A DNA stretch of 64,000 nucleotides from Candidatus Bathyarchaeota archaeon (GTDB taxonomy: Archaea > Thermoproteota > Bathyarchaeia > Bathyarchaeales > Bathycorpusculaceae), in assembly GCA_963739305.1 (NCBI GenBank), contig CAVTZU010000009.1, positions 1 to 64,000 on the forward strand, given 5' to 3'. The translations under genes and the position numbers were made by a program. The notes beneath the pieces were generated by a model. That model did no database searches and was not told the DNA's origin. It saw only the letters and a program-made list of their open reading frames with translations. Shown piece after piece: positions 1 through 10,246 of the stretch (positions are counted from its first letter, which is position 1; every line of letters begins with the position of its first letter).

Positions 1-753
1 TTTAGGTTTTTCGAGTAAACTTTCCGTTTTTGCCTTCTTCAACAATTCAACGTGCCGGGCAAGCTCTTTCACCACCGCCTCGAAAACACGTTTGCCTTTT
101 GCAGCGGAAGCCGTCGACGTCTTGCCGAACGAGCCTGAAGCTGTCTCATCGATCGTGCTCAAAGCAAGAGTGACGCCCTCTGCAAACAAGGCATTCTTTT
201 CAACTTTCTCGTCCACGGCCTCTTTGATCTGAACTAGCTCTGGGTTGAGAACCATGTTCATCGAGGTTTCTTCAGCAGCCGCGTGTCTCCGTTCGTCGCC
301 CTTGAATATATTTGGCAAAAGCACGGCAGCAGCCGGCCACCACTGGAACACTGACACAAACACGCCTTCTTCTCTCAGTTCACGAGCCATCTCCGCAAGA
401 GCTGAAAGGTTCCCACCGTGTCCGTTGACAATAACGATCTTGTGCACGCCGTAGTACTTGAGCGATAAACAAACATCTTTCATGTATCTTTTCAAAGCTC
501 TTGGAGACACCGAAATCGTTCCCCAGAATTGTTTGTGGTGAGGACTCACGCCGAACGGGATTGTTGGCAGGCAGACGACGCCTGTCATTTTCGCAACTTC
601 TTCGGCTATGCCTCTGGCGATCAGATGGTCCGTTCCAAGCGGGTTTGGAGGACCATGCTGTTCATTTGACCCTACTGGCACGATCGCGATATCATACTTC
701 GTAAAATACTGTTTCGCCTCTCTCCACGTCATTTCATTCAGCAAGACTTTCAC
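1..753 (-). CDS. Creatininase/creatinine amidohydrolase family protein (3' end runs off window)
   Basis: Manual translation from GTG at 753: MKVLLNEMTWREAK..IVPVGSNEQHGPPNPLGTD..VNGHGGN..HAAAEETS; GGAGG SD upstream; absent from ORF track because no stop lies in the window. Confidence 0.88.
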   Translation of the reverse strand, partial: MKVLLNEMTWREAKQYFTKYDIAIVPVGSNEQHGPPNPLGTDHLIARGIAEEVAKMTGVVCLPTIPFGVSPHHKQFWGTISVSPRALKRYMKDVCLSLKYYGVHKIVIVNGHGGNLSALAEMARELREEGVFVSVFQWWPAAAVLLPNIFKGDERRHAAAEETSMNMVLNPELVQIKEAVDEKVEKNALFAEGVTLALSTIDETASGSFGKTSTASAAKGKRVFEAVVKELARHVELLKKAKTESLLEKPK

Positions 754-826
754 TGGTTTGTTCCTCCACGAAACGGTTTTATTGCATGTCGACCGAATAT
801 AAGCTTACAATTTGAAGCGGGTGGTT

Positions 827-1901
827 ATGCGTTTGAAAGCGGTGATCTTGGCAGGCGGCTTCGCTACGAGGCTTCGGCCGTTGAGTTGCACGCGACCGAA
901 GATTCTTTTTCCGATAGTCAACAAGCCACTGCTTCAGTGGACTTATGAAAGACTAGCCAAGAACAACGTCAAAGATGTAATTCTTGCAGTTTTCTATCAA
1001 ACGGAAGTTCACATAAAACAACACCGTATCCCAAGATGCGGATTACAGGTCAACTATTCACGTGACCCATTGCGAAAGCCGTTGGGGACAGGGGGCGCAA
1101 TAAAGAGAACGGAGAAACGCGTCGGACATGATTCTCCCTTCCTAGCGCTCAACGGTGACACTTTCGCGGACATAGACTACTCAGAAATGCTCAATCGACA
1201 TGAGAAAAACAAGTGTACGGCGACGATAGCGCTCCATGAAGTGCGAGACCCAAGCAGATACGGTGTGGCGACGTTGGCGAGAGACAATCGAATAAAGGGA
1301 TTTTTTGAAAAACCAGCGTCAGGAAAAGTTCCGAGCAATTTGATTAACGCAGGAACATATGTGCTCAGTCCAAGGATTTTCAAATACATTCCAGAAGGTC
1401 GAACAGTGTCAATCGAACGCGAAGTCTTCCCAAAGCTCGTTGAAGAACACGAGCTCTACGGCTACGTTCATCACGGTTTGTGGACAGACATCGGCAAACC
1501 CGAAGATTATAAGGAATTGAACAGAACCATGCTTGACAGAAACGGCGGTACGACTGGATTACAAAGGGGAAGGCGTGAAAATTAAGGGTCCAGTAGATTT
1601 TGACAAGGACGTCAGCATAGGAAGAGGATCAATAATAGGTCCATACACCGTCTTGGGACACAACGCCACCATTGGCACTTATGTTGACATAGAAAACTCG
1701 ATACTTCTCCCTGGAACTGAGGTATCCGACAATGCTCAAGTGCACAACGCAATAATTGGTGAAGGTGTTTACATCGGTAAGAAAGTAAACGTCAGAGAAG
1801 GCTGCATTGTCGGAGATCACGCAAGAGTAGAAGACAATGTGTCATTTCCAGCCGGAACCTCGATCTGTCCAGCTAAAGAAGTGTCGGAAGAAGGACTCTA
1901 G
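827..1901 (+). CDS. NDP-sugar synthase (mannose-1-P guanylyltransferase-like nucleotidyltransferase with C-terminal left-handed beta-helix); split by a frameshift near 1535
   Basis: ILAGGFATRLRPLS..PK, PLGTGG, EKP and W.DIG in ORF 812..1585; hexapeptide repeats in overlapping ORF 1533..1901. Confidence 0.88.
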
Positions 1902-1937
1902 CATTTAGAAAATTATCGAATCAGGGAGGAAAGCAAA

Positions 1938-3313
1938 ATGTCGAACCAAAAAAGGTTGTTTGGAACGAATGGAATACGTGGACTGGTCAACGTGGATCTG
2001 ACTTCCGAGATGGCAGTACAAGTTGGTTTCGCGATTGGCACGTTCTTCAAACGAGGCACGGTCATTCTTGGTTATGACGCAAGAACAAGTGGACCGATGC
2101 TCGCGAAAGCCATGGTTGCGGGACTTAACGCGACAGGATGCAGGGTTCTCATGGCCGGAATGGCTCCAACGCCAGCTCTGCAATTTCGGTGAGAAACAAA
2201 AGAGTTGATGGCGGAGTGATAATTACGGCGTCTCACAACCCTCCTGAGTACAATGGGATAAAGGTTCTTTGGAACGACGGTGTAGAAATCTCACACGAGC
2301 AAGAATTGGAAATTGAAGAAATCTACTTCAATGAAAATTTCAAGCTTGCCGCATGGGACAAAATCGGGGAAACCCACGAAATTCTTGGAGTCATCGACGA
2401 ATACATCTATGCCATCGAAACCCACGTGGACCTCAAGACGATAAGAAAGGAGCATTTTCACGTCGTCATAGATGCTGCGAACAGCGTGGGTGCGCTTGTA
2501 GCTCCTCGTTTGCTCCGCGAACTCGGGTGCAAGGTTACGACGGTAAACGCCAACATTGATGGAACTTTTCCGGGAAGGCCCCCTGAACCTCGACCGGAAA
2601 ACCTTAGAGACCTAGCGCTCACGGTGAAGGCCGTAAAAGCGGACTTGGGTGTGGCTTACGATGGAGACGCCGATCGTTCGGTGTTCGTTGACGAGAAAGG
2701 GCAGATTCATATGGGCGACAAGACTTTCGCTTTGGTTGAAAAGTATTTCCTGAAAGAGCATCCTGGCGAGAAGATAGTCACTCCGGTAAGCTCTTCAACT
2801 ATTGTCCAAGATGTAGCTGACACTTACAAGGGCGTGATAGTTTGGACTAAAGTGGGAAGCGTTACGGTTGCCCAAAAAATGAAAGAACTCGGAGCTAAAC
2901 TCGGTGGAGAAGAGAACGGCGGAATATTCTACGGACCGCATCAACCAGTCAGAGACGGTGCCATGTCAACCGCGCTGATTCTGCAGATAATTGCAAGAAC
3001 AAAACGGAAATTGTCAAGCCTCATCAAGGAACTGCCAGAATACTTTATTGAGAAAGGCAAGGTTGAATGCAGAGAAGAACAAAAGGCAAAGATACTGAAG
3101 AAACTGATTTCTGAAGTCAAGAATTTGAACATAAATACGATCGATGGTGTAAAAATCCGTTTCGACGACAAACGAGCGATACTTATCAGACCAAGCGGCA
3201 CAGAACCCATCTATCGGCTTTACGCGGAAGCAAAAACCGCGGAAAAAGCCCGAAGACTTGTGAGCGAATACACTCAGAAACTGAAGAGAATAATCACCGG
3301 ACTTAACGATTAG
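1938..3313 (+). CDS. glmM: Phosphoglucosamine mutase / phosphomannomutase; frameshift near 2187
   Basis: LFGTNGIRG, ITASHNP (phospho-Ser), DGDADR, GGEENG and RPSGTEP across ORFs 1938..2192 and 2138..3313. Confidence 0.88.
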
Positions 3314-3344
3314 AAGGCCCAAACACCACTTTGGAAGAAAGAAC

Positions 3345-4697
3345 ATGTCGACGCCGCTGATCCACGCACAACTTGAGGACTTGGACACCGCGGAGAAACG
3401 CGGAAAGTACACAGTCTGCATCGTTGGTTGCGGACAGGTTGGAGTTCTGCACGCCCTTCTGTTTGCAGATGCGGGCTTCAAGGTGATCTGTTTCGACGCG
3501 GATCAGACTGTTGTAAACGATTTGATGAAAGGAAAAACGCGCTACTTAGAAGATGAGACACAGGCTAAACTGAAGAATCACGTTAAGTCTAAACAGATAG
3601 CTGCTACGAGCGACATGAAGGAAGCAATCTCGAAGAGCAGCATTATTTTGTTGAATGTTTCTCCGAGGATAGATTCCAAGAAGAAGATCGATTACTCAAG
3701 CATTGAAAACACGTGCAAAAAGGTAGGTCAAAGTCTCGCGTGTGGTTCGCTTATCATCATCACAAAACCAATGGGAATCGACGTTTTCAAGAGCACGATT
3801 GAAGAAACCTTAGAAAACGCTTCTGGCTTCAAAATCGGAACCGACTATGCGCTGGCTTACAGCCCACTTGGGCATTCATTTTCTCCACGTATCGTTGCGG
3901 CACCTGACAAAAACAGTCTAGATATTTCATCAGCCGTGCTCGGATTAATCACCAAGGGTGAACTCAAGAAGACAGACAACGTAAAAGCGGCAGGGATGGC
4001 AGCACTCTTTGCAGTTCAGCGCCAAGACGTGAACGCTGCATTGTCAAACGAGCTGACTCAATTCTGCGAAAAAACAAAGGTCGATTATCTCGAAGTTAGT
4101 GAACTCCTGAAAGGCTCGGGTGATAGCTCTTCTTCGGTGCCGACGCTCTCCAGCACACTGTCAAAGGAGGAGCTTTATCTTCTTCTCACTGATGCCGAAA
4201 ACCTGAACCTGAAGCTACACATCGTGGAAGTCGCCAGGGACATAAACGAACAGGCAGCCAAACGCGTTGCCAACCTGGTCAAGGATGCACTCAGAAGCTG
4301 TGGGAAAACGCCTAGAAGAGCCAAAATAGCTCTGCTGGGATTATCAGAGACACCGAATATGAAAGGGCACCCGAAAAGAATCGTGAGGGAAATAGCTCAA
4401 GTGTTGTTGGCTAAAGGTTCCAGGATTAACCTTTACGACCCGTACTTTTCGGAAGACGATTTGCTCGACTCACAGTTTCACTTGAAAAAGAGTTTGACCG
4501 AAACTCTTGAAGGCTCGGATTGTATAGTAATAACGACAGGCCACGACCAGTTTAGACGCATGAACCTAGACAGACTGAAGATCATGATGAAAAGGCCAGG
4601 CGCTATCGTCGATCTTGAAGGGATCTTCGAACCTGACAAGGTAGAAAAGCGAGGCTTCATATATCGCGGGTTAGGAAGAGGAGTTTGGACAAAATGA
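3345..4697 (+). CDS. UDP-glucose/GDP-mannose dehydrogenase family (WecC/WbpA-like) protein with degenerate catalytic motifs
   Basis: Rossmann VGCGQVG, DVNAALSNEL helix and C-terminal YDPY..TGHDQF..IVD..YRGLGRG; GGHC and SPER motifs are missing. Confidence 0.8.
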   Translation: MSTPLIHAQLEDLDTAEKRGKYTVCIVGCGQVGVLHALLFADAGFKVICFDADQTVVNDLMKGKTRYLEDETQAKLKNHVKSKQIAATSDMKEAISKSSIILLNVSPRIDSKKKIDYSSIENTCKKVGQSLACGSLIIITKPMGIDVFKSTIEETLENASGFKIGTDYALAYSPLGHSFSPRIVAAPDKNSLDISSAVLGLITKGELKKTDNVKAAGMAALFAVQRQDVNAALSNELTQFCEKTKVDYLEVSELLKGSGDSSSSVPTLSSTLSKEELYLLLTDAENLNLKLHIVEVARDINEQAAKRVANLVKDALRSCGKTPRRAKIALLGLSETPNMKGHPKRIVREIAQVLLAKGSRINLYDPYFSEDDLLDSQFHLKKSLTETLEGSDCIVITTGHDQFRRMNLDRLKIMMKRPGAIVDLEGIFEPDKVEKRGFIYRGLGRGVWTK

Positions 4698-5641
4698 AAA
4701 AACTAGGCGTAGCCGTCGTTGGAACAGGTTTCTGGGGCAAAAACCACGCTAGGGTCTACCGAGAACTCGAGGAGACAGATCTACTGGCTGTTTGCGACAT
4801 AGACGCCGGAAGAGCCAGAGCTGTAGCAGACCAGTTCGGTGCGAAATCCTACACCAGCGTCAGGAGGATGCTCAAAAATGAAGAAATCAAGGCCGTTAGT
4901 GTATGCACGTGGTCGACAAGCCTCGCAAGGGTTGCCACGGAGGCCGCCAATGCAGGAAAACACGTTCTCGTTGAAAAACCCATGGCTGCAAGCGTCAGAC
5001 AAGCAGAGAAACTGCTTGAGGCTGTAAAGAAAAATCATGTGCATCTTACCGTAGGGTTTCTCATGCGCTTTATTCCAGGACTTCAACAGATGAAGAAGGC
5101 AGTTGAAGAGAATAGGATTGGTGAACTTGTGAGTGCCACGGCAAAACGAGTCTCTCAGTGGCCTGAGAGAATCGGGGATGTAGGAGTTGTGAAGGACACG
5201 GCCATCCACGACATAGACGTCATGCTGTATCTATTTGATAAAGACCCAATAGCCGTGTATGCTAAGACGGGGAGCATGAGGAACAAGAAATTCGAAGATT
5301 ACGCGCAAATCATGCTGACGTTCGAAGACCAAAGGACCGCGTTCATTGAGTCTAACTGGTTGACGCCGTACAAGACGAGGATTCTAATTGCCACGGGAAG
5401 CGAGGCCATAATTAGCTTGGATTACATCACACAGGAGCTGCGGATTGAAGACGCAAAACAAACGGTTCAACCAAGGTATCCAACAACGGAACCATTGAAG
5501 CTTGAGCTTCGGCATTTTGCAAACTGCGTGCTTGGCAAGGAAAAGCCGTTGATTACCGGGTTGGACGGGTTGAGAGCTCTGAGGATAGCTGAGTCAGCCT
5601 TGAAGTCGTCAGCTTCAGGAAAAATCGTGAAGCTGAAGTAG
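4694..5641 (+). CDS. Gfo/Idh/MocA oxidoreductase (UDP-GlcNAc(A) 3-dehydrogenase, WbpB-like)
   Basis: VGTGFWGKNH, HVLVEKP, VGF..RF, DTAIHDID; ATGA overlap with upstream stop. Confidence 0.88.
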   Translation: MKKLGVAVVGTGFWGKNHARVYRELEETDLLAVCDIDAGRARAVADQFGAKSYTSVRRMLKNEEIKAVSVCTWSTSLARVATEAANAGKHVLVEKPMAASVRQAEKLLEAVKKNHVHLTVGFLMRFIPGLQQMKKAVEENRIGELVSATAKRVSQWPERIGDVGVVKDTAIHDIDVMLYLFDKDPIAVYAKTGSMRNKKFEDYAQIMLTFEDQRTAFIESNWLTPYKTRILIATGSEAIISLDYITQELRIEDAKQTVQPRYPTTEPLKLELRHFANCVLGKEKPLITGLDGLRALRIAESALKSSASGKIVKLK

Positions 5642-5659
5642 AGTTGTTCCCCCGAAAAA

Positions 5660-5920
5660 TCAGGGTTTCTTCAAGTTGAAGGGTTTCCCTTCGGCGATTA
5701 TCTCCTTTGGTATTCTTGCCTTCCATTTTTTCAGGAAGGGCAGGTCCTCATTCTTCTTTCGCAGCTCGTCAGGCAACATCTCGGGAATCTCATCTCTGAT
5801 TGGATACCATCGAGAGCATTTCGGGCAGATTATTAGGCCTTCGATGACCTCGTCGTCCTCCTCAAAAACGTGAAGCTCAAGAGGATAATACTTGTCAATC
5901 GGACACGCAAGGATGTCCAT
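5660..5920 (-). CDS. trm112: Trm112 family methyltransferase activator
   Basis: MDILACPIDK..EGLIICPKCSRWYPIRDEIPEMLPDELR. Confidence 0.9.
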   Translation of the reverse strand: MDILACPIDKYYPLELHVFEEDDEVIEGLIICPKCSRWYPIRDEIPEMLPDELRKKNEDLPFLKKWKARIPKEIIAEGKPFNLKKP

Positions 5921-6035
5921 CAGCGACTTCCTGATATTATCACGCCCCAGCTTATGTTCAAGGCAAAAGTATAAAGCTTTTTCACGGTGGCAGACTTCAT
6001 TGGAGACAAGTCACAAACATAAGTTATTGGCAACG

Positions 6036-6926
6036 TTAGAGGGGATCAACATGAGGAGTCGAGGATCTGTCCCCTCTTGGGATTATTTGGATATCTAAGA
6101 CTACTTGATACCAGTTTGGACCGGTTTCTCTGACGACTCGACCATAGAAGGTGTCAAATGAAGCCCCCAAAGTCAGCAGTTTTTCTGTGACTTTGAGCCT
6201 GACCTTCTCCACTGGGTCTTCAGTTTTCTTGGCGTGCATGAAATCGTAATAGTGAAGGGATCCACCGCTCTCCTTGAGCGCAAGCAGAGCATAGGGAAGG
6301 TATTCGAGGGCTTTTTCAGGCAAAGGCATAAGAACCCTGTCTGCAACGTGGCGCAGTCTTTTCTGGACGATGTCTTTCGCGTCTCCAAGAATTGGAACCA
6401 CATTTACAAACACTCCGTTCATTCTTACGTTTTCTTTCATGTACTCGACGGCTACTGGGTTGATGTCGATTGAATAGACTTTTCGGGCGTTCGATTTCTT
6501 GGCGATGAGGATGGAATAGCAGCCGACGCCGGCAAACATGTTCACAACCACCTCGCCGTATTTGACTGTTTGAGCGATTCGCATTCTCTCGTGGAGGAGT
6601 CTTGGTGAAAAGTAACATTTTGCGACATCGACTCTGAAGACACATTTCGACTCTTTGTGAAGGGTTGAGGTCGTTTTCTCGCCCGCGCCGTGCTGGAGTT
6701 TTCGAAGCCTGAACTTGCCGCTGACAGCGCTCGTTTGGAACAATACTGTTTTGACGTTTGCGTGGTTAGACATGATCATTCGCACGATGTCCTTGCCATG
6801 CTTTCTGGATTCCCGTGTGAGCTGGACTATCGCGATGTTGCCTATCATGTCGTAAGAATTAACGATGGCAGAGTCTTCTCTTTCCCGACAAGTTTGCGAA
6901 AGCCGAGTCCGCGAGTGTTTAGTCAA
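6036..6926 (-). CDS. Trm5/Taw2 (Met-10+) family tRNA methyltransferase
   Basis: YDMIGNIA, YFSPRLLHER, NMFAGVG, IDINPVA, DRVLMPLP. Confidence 0.88.
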   Translation of the reverse strand: MTKHSRTRLSQTCREREDSAIVNSYDMIGNIAIVQLTRESRKHGKDIVRMIMSNHANVKTVLFQTSAVSGKFRLRKLQHGAGEKTTSTLHKESKCVFRVDVAKCYFSPRLLHERMRIAQTVKYGEVVVNMFAGVGCYSILIAKKSNARKVYSIDINPVAVEYMKENVRMNGVFVNVVPILGDAKDIVQKRLRHVADRVLMPLPEKALEYLPYALLALKESGGSLHYYDFMHAKKTEDPVEKVRLKVTEKLLTLGASFDTFYGRVVRETGPNWYQVVLDIQIIPRGDRSSTPHVDPL

Positions 6927-7011
6927 GCTCGGATCGTTCCTATGGTTCAGTGATTGGGCTGGAAACGTTTAAAAGCAAACTGGCTTTCTCCCTTTAGGAA
7001 GAGGGAAGCAT

Positions 7012-7182
7012 TTGGGCGATAAGTCATCTTCAGGCATCGCTTACGAGTGCGTCAAGTGTGGCGCTCGGGTTCCAGCCGAAGAACTGGATATGCGCGGCGG
7101 CGAGATTAAATGTATTATCTGTGGGTATCGGATTCTGAAGAAGGTCAAACCTCCGGTGGTTAAGCGGATCCCTGCTAAGTGA
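7012..7182 (+). CDS. rpo12: DNA-directed RNA polymerase subunit P (Rpo12), 56 aa
   Basis: Manual translation TTG..TGA: MGDKSSSGIAYECVKCGARVPAEELDMRGGEIKCIICGYRILKKVKPPVVKRIPAK; below the ORF-track length cutoff. Confidence 0.92.
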   Translation: MGDKSSSGIAYECVKCGARVPAEELDMRGGEIKCIICGYRILKKVKPPVVKRIPAK

Positions 7183-7237
7183 AGAAACGAAAAAGAGAGA
7201 ATGTTTTAGCGGACAGTTTTCTTTTTCGTAGCCGTTG

Positions 7238-7534
7238 CTAGAATATTTCTTTTTCTCCGATTTTGCGCAGTGTTTTGCCTCGAAGCCTCACTGTGGGTCC
7301 GATGACTTCGTCCGGTGCCTTTTCTATTGTTTTTCTCTTTATGGTTTCTCCGCATATTCCTCGTGGAAGCAGTCGTCTCTTGGTGCAGATTGCGTAGGTG
7401 CAGATTGCGACGTTACACATGTCTTCTGTCCATCTGCACCATACGCCATCTTTTTGGTTTACGGTAGCGTTCTTCGTGCATTTGAAGGCTTCACACGTTT
7501 GAGAACAACTTTTGACTTGTGCCAATACATGCAC
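7238..7534 (-). CDS. Small Cys-rich putative metal-binding protein
   Basis: CSQTCEAFKC..CRWTEDMC..CTYAIC..LLPRGIC (8 Cys). Confidence 0.7.
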   Translation of the reverse strand: MHVLAQVKSCSQTCEAFKCTKNATVNQKDGVWCRWTEDMCNVAICTYAICTKRRLLPRGICGETIKRKTIEKAPDEVIGPTVRLRGKTLRKIGEKEIF

Positions 7535-7629
7535 AACCTCTGGTTAAATTTTTTCTAACAAAACTCTATGGTTGCTTGTCTACTTCTTTCAAGAGTAGAA
7601 TTAACGCTTTTTGATATAAACTTTTTTCC

Positions 7630-9789
7630 TTAGGACTCCTTATTTGGACTATCGGTTTGTCTTTGTTGAGGATCAGCTTTTGAAGAGTCGGTTTCCTCGG
7701 TCTTGGTTTCTTGAGGTTTGGCTCTTTCGGGTTCGGTTTCCTCGGTTTCGGTCTTCATGGGTTTGGTTCGTTGTCGTCTGTAGATTTCTGCTATCAGAAG
7801 GACTACTACGACTATTACGATGATGGCAATGGTTGTGAGTTGGCCTGCGTCCATGAGTGTTCCTGCCACCACGACGTATTTGCTTATTGTGATTTTGAGC
7901 GTGGCGTTGTTTTGCAGGTCGATGCCTTGACCAACTAACGGTGTGGATGGATCGCTTGAGTAGACGCTTACTTGGAGGCTTCCTCCGACTAGATTATTGA
8001 AGGTGACTTTTCCGTCTGCCGCCGTTGTACCTGTGACCTGTGGCTGTGCGTTACCTTGCACTTGTACGTTCATTGCTGAGATTCCTTGGCCGAAGTAGTC
8101 GACGATCTGGACTGTCAGTGTTAGTCCGTAGAGGTCGCATGGGATTGTTGTCGCATTGTTCCCGAACAGGTCAATGGTTGTTTCGTTTAGGACTGTTTGG
8201 TTGCTTCCTAGGACTTGGATTCTGTATATGCCGAAGGGGGCAGTGAATGTGATCTGCCCGTTTGTGTCGGTGTTGCCCTGGAAGATTGGTGCGCCCTCGA
8301 GGTCTTGGGCTTTTACGAGCGCGTTATTGAAGGGTTGTCCGTTTGCTTTTGTGGCGTTGATTTGAAGGTTCAGGTTTGGACATAGAATCGTTATGTTGTA
8401 CCATGGCTGTGGGGTGTTGTTTATGAGAAGGCTCGAGAGGTTGGTTATGTTGAATGAGTTGCTGTAGCGAGTCAGGTTGAGGCTGTACGTTTGGTTTGGG
8501 AGTAAACTGTGAATTATGACGCTTCCGTTTAGGTCGCTTGTGTACGTATTATTGTACGGGCTGAGGAATACTCCGGCTTCTGGGATGTCGAGTTGGGCTC
8601 CGTTGACGTTTGCGATTACTTGGATTCCGAGGTTGGTGAGGTTGCACGTTATGTCAAAAGCGATCGTGTCGTTTACTTGGACGTCTTGTTCGCCGAGGAG
8701 CACGCCTTGGTAGTATGCCTGGCAGGCGAAGCTGCCTATTTCGAGGTAGAGGGTTACGGCTCCTGTGGTCGTAGTGTTTCCGCTGGTTGTTAACGTCTCG
8801 TTCTCGTAGGCTTGGATGGTGATGGATGCGACCGTTTCGTTGGCGAGGTTTCTGGCGGTGACGTTGACTGGGAATCCGGGGATCGTGAAGTTTTGGTTGT
8901 CAGGGATGGTTTTTCTGGCTGCTGTGTTGACAGCGACGATATTGACGTTGTAGGATCCGATGGCGGCGGTTGTGGGGACCGTCCAGTTGTAGTCGATTAA
9001 GCCTGTTGGATCGGTTGTGTTTGTTTGGATGCTGATGTCGTTTCCGGTTATTGTCAGGGTGACGAGTTCGCTTGGTCCGTAGAGTGCTTTGATGTTGACT
9101 GTTTGGTTTCGGTGGTATTGGGTGGCGTTGACTAGTTGGACGGGGAATGTGGTGTTGGCGACTGTTGAGTTGAAGAAGGCTGTGTACGTGCCATAGTAGC
9201 TGGTGTTCGCGGCTGCGGAGAAGTCGTTGGGGTAGGTGAGGGTCTTGGTTGCGTTTCCAAGGTTGGAAACGGGCAGGGTGATGTTTTGAGTGTACTGTGC
9301 GTTGGTTGGGGGCGCGATGGTTATTGTTCCGGTCTGATTTATGCTTGCGGCTCCGCCGGTGACGTTGACTCTCACAGGCACTGAGTCGCCTTCTTGGAAG
9401 GTTTTGTTGGTTGGAATGTCGATTGAGTAGGCTGTGGTTACCGTGAAGGTGTTGGTGGCGTTGTCACCTGTTGCTTGATCGACGATTTTTATTGTGTGGG
9501 TTCCTGAGCCTGCGTCGGGAATGGTGACGTTAGAATCTGCAGAATATTCGATGGCGGTTCCGTTGGTGAGGAATCGGTCGTCGAAGTAGAGGCTGTAGGT
9601 GCCGTTGCTGGTTGTTACGTTGGCTGAGACCAGCGCGACCGTGCCGACTGGGCCGGATGATGGGTTCACTTGGTAGACGATCATTACGGCAGATGCGTGG
9701 GGCAGTATTGAAACGGTCATTGTGACCGTTGTGAAGATGAGGAAGAGGAGTGTGAGTTGATGAAGTTTCTTGATAGAGGTTTTGGTCAA
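7630..9789 (-). CDS. Large membrane-anchored surface glycoprotein with tandem Ig/carboxypeptidase-regulatory-like beta domains
   Basis: Signal peptide, Thr/Asn-rich with very many N-x-S/T sequons, repeated TD.NG motifs, C-terminal TM helix and charged ETE tail; probable TTG start at 9789. Confidence 0.8.
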   Translation of the reverse strand: MTKTSIKKLHQLTLLFLIFTTVTMTVSILPHASAVMIVYQVNPSSGPVGTVALVSANVTTSNGTYSLYFDDRFLTNGTAIEYSADSNVTIPDAGSGTHTIKIVDQATGDNATNTFTVTTAYSIDIPTNKTFQEGDSVPVRVNVTGGAASINQTGTITIAPPTNAQYTQNITLPVSNLGNATKTLTYPNDFSAAANTSYYGTYTAFFNSTVANTTFPVQLVNATQYHRNQTVNIKALYGPSELVTLTITGNDISIQTNTTDPTGLIDYNWTVPTTAAIGSYNVNIVAVNTAARKTIPDNQNFTIPGFPVNVTARNLANETVASITIQAYENETLTTSGNTTTTGAVTLYLEIGSFACQAYYQGVLLGEQDVQVNDTIAFDITCNLTNLGIQVIANVNGAQLDIPEAGVFLSPYNNTYTSDLNGSVIIHSLLPNQTYSLNLTRYSNSFNITNLSSLLINNTPQPWYNITILCPNLNLQINATKANGQPFNNALVKAQDLEGAPIFQGNTDTNGQITFTAPFGIYRIQVLGSNQTVLNETTIDLFGNNATTIPCDLYGLTLTVQIVDYFGQGISAMNVQVQGNAQPQVTGTTAADGKVTFNNLVGGSLQVSVYSSDPSTPLVGQGIDLQNNATLKITISKYVVVAGTLMDAGQLTTIAIIVIVVVVLLIAEIYRRQRTKPMKTETEETEPERAKPQETKTEETDSSKADPQQRQTDSPNKES

Positions 9790-10246
9790 AGTTTTCCCTC
9801 GCGTTTTTGGATGAAATGTGTGAACATGTTCTAACGCTGAGTCCATTTTAAACTTTACCTTTTAAGTTGTATCACAATTGGGCGCTTTTTGGTGTAGGCC
9901 TTTGGTATGGCCTACTCAACATGGTTTTTGAGTGTTTTCAGCTCTAAAACACCCTACCCCCCGGCCTTTTTTTCTTGGGCGGTGTTGTTGGTGGCGGTTT
10001 GAGCGGGACTTGTTGGAGGGTTCTTAATGGAAAAGTGCTTGGAATGTATGTTGACTTGTGTTGCTGGTTTCGGTTTGGTAATAGTTTTTGTAAATGGTTT
10101 TTTTGTCTTGGAGTTGAGGCGTCAGGTTTGTTTGGCGCCTTTCGTGCGCGCAGCCATCAGTATCAGCCACCTGATCGAGTACGACTCAGAATGTCATGAA
10201 AAGCCTTTTCAGAGACTTAATTGTACCTAGATTGTAGTCTGATAAT

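Noticed and set aside
5920-5945. Non-canonical ATC start for Trm112 (IRKSLMDILACP)
   Set aside because: An in-frame ATG exists, and a base error cannot be excluded in this error-prone assembly
9932-9962. Replication origin ORB element
   Set aside because: The G-string orientation and inverted repeat do not match the ORB consensus; single copy; no cdc6/orc1 in the window
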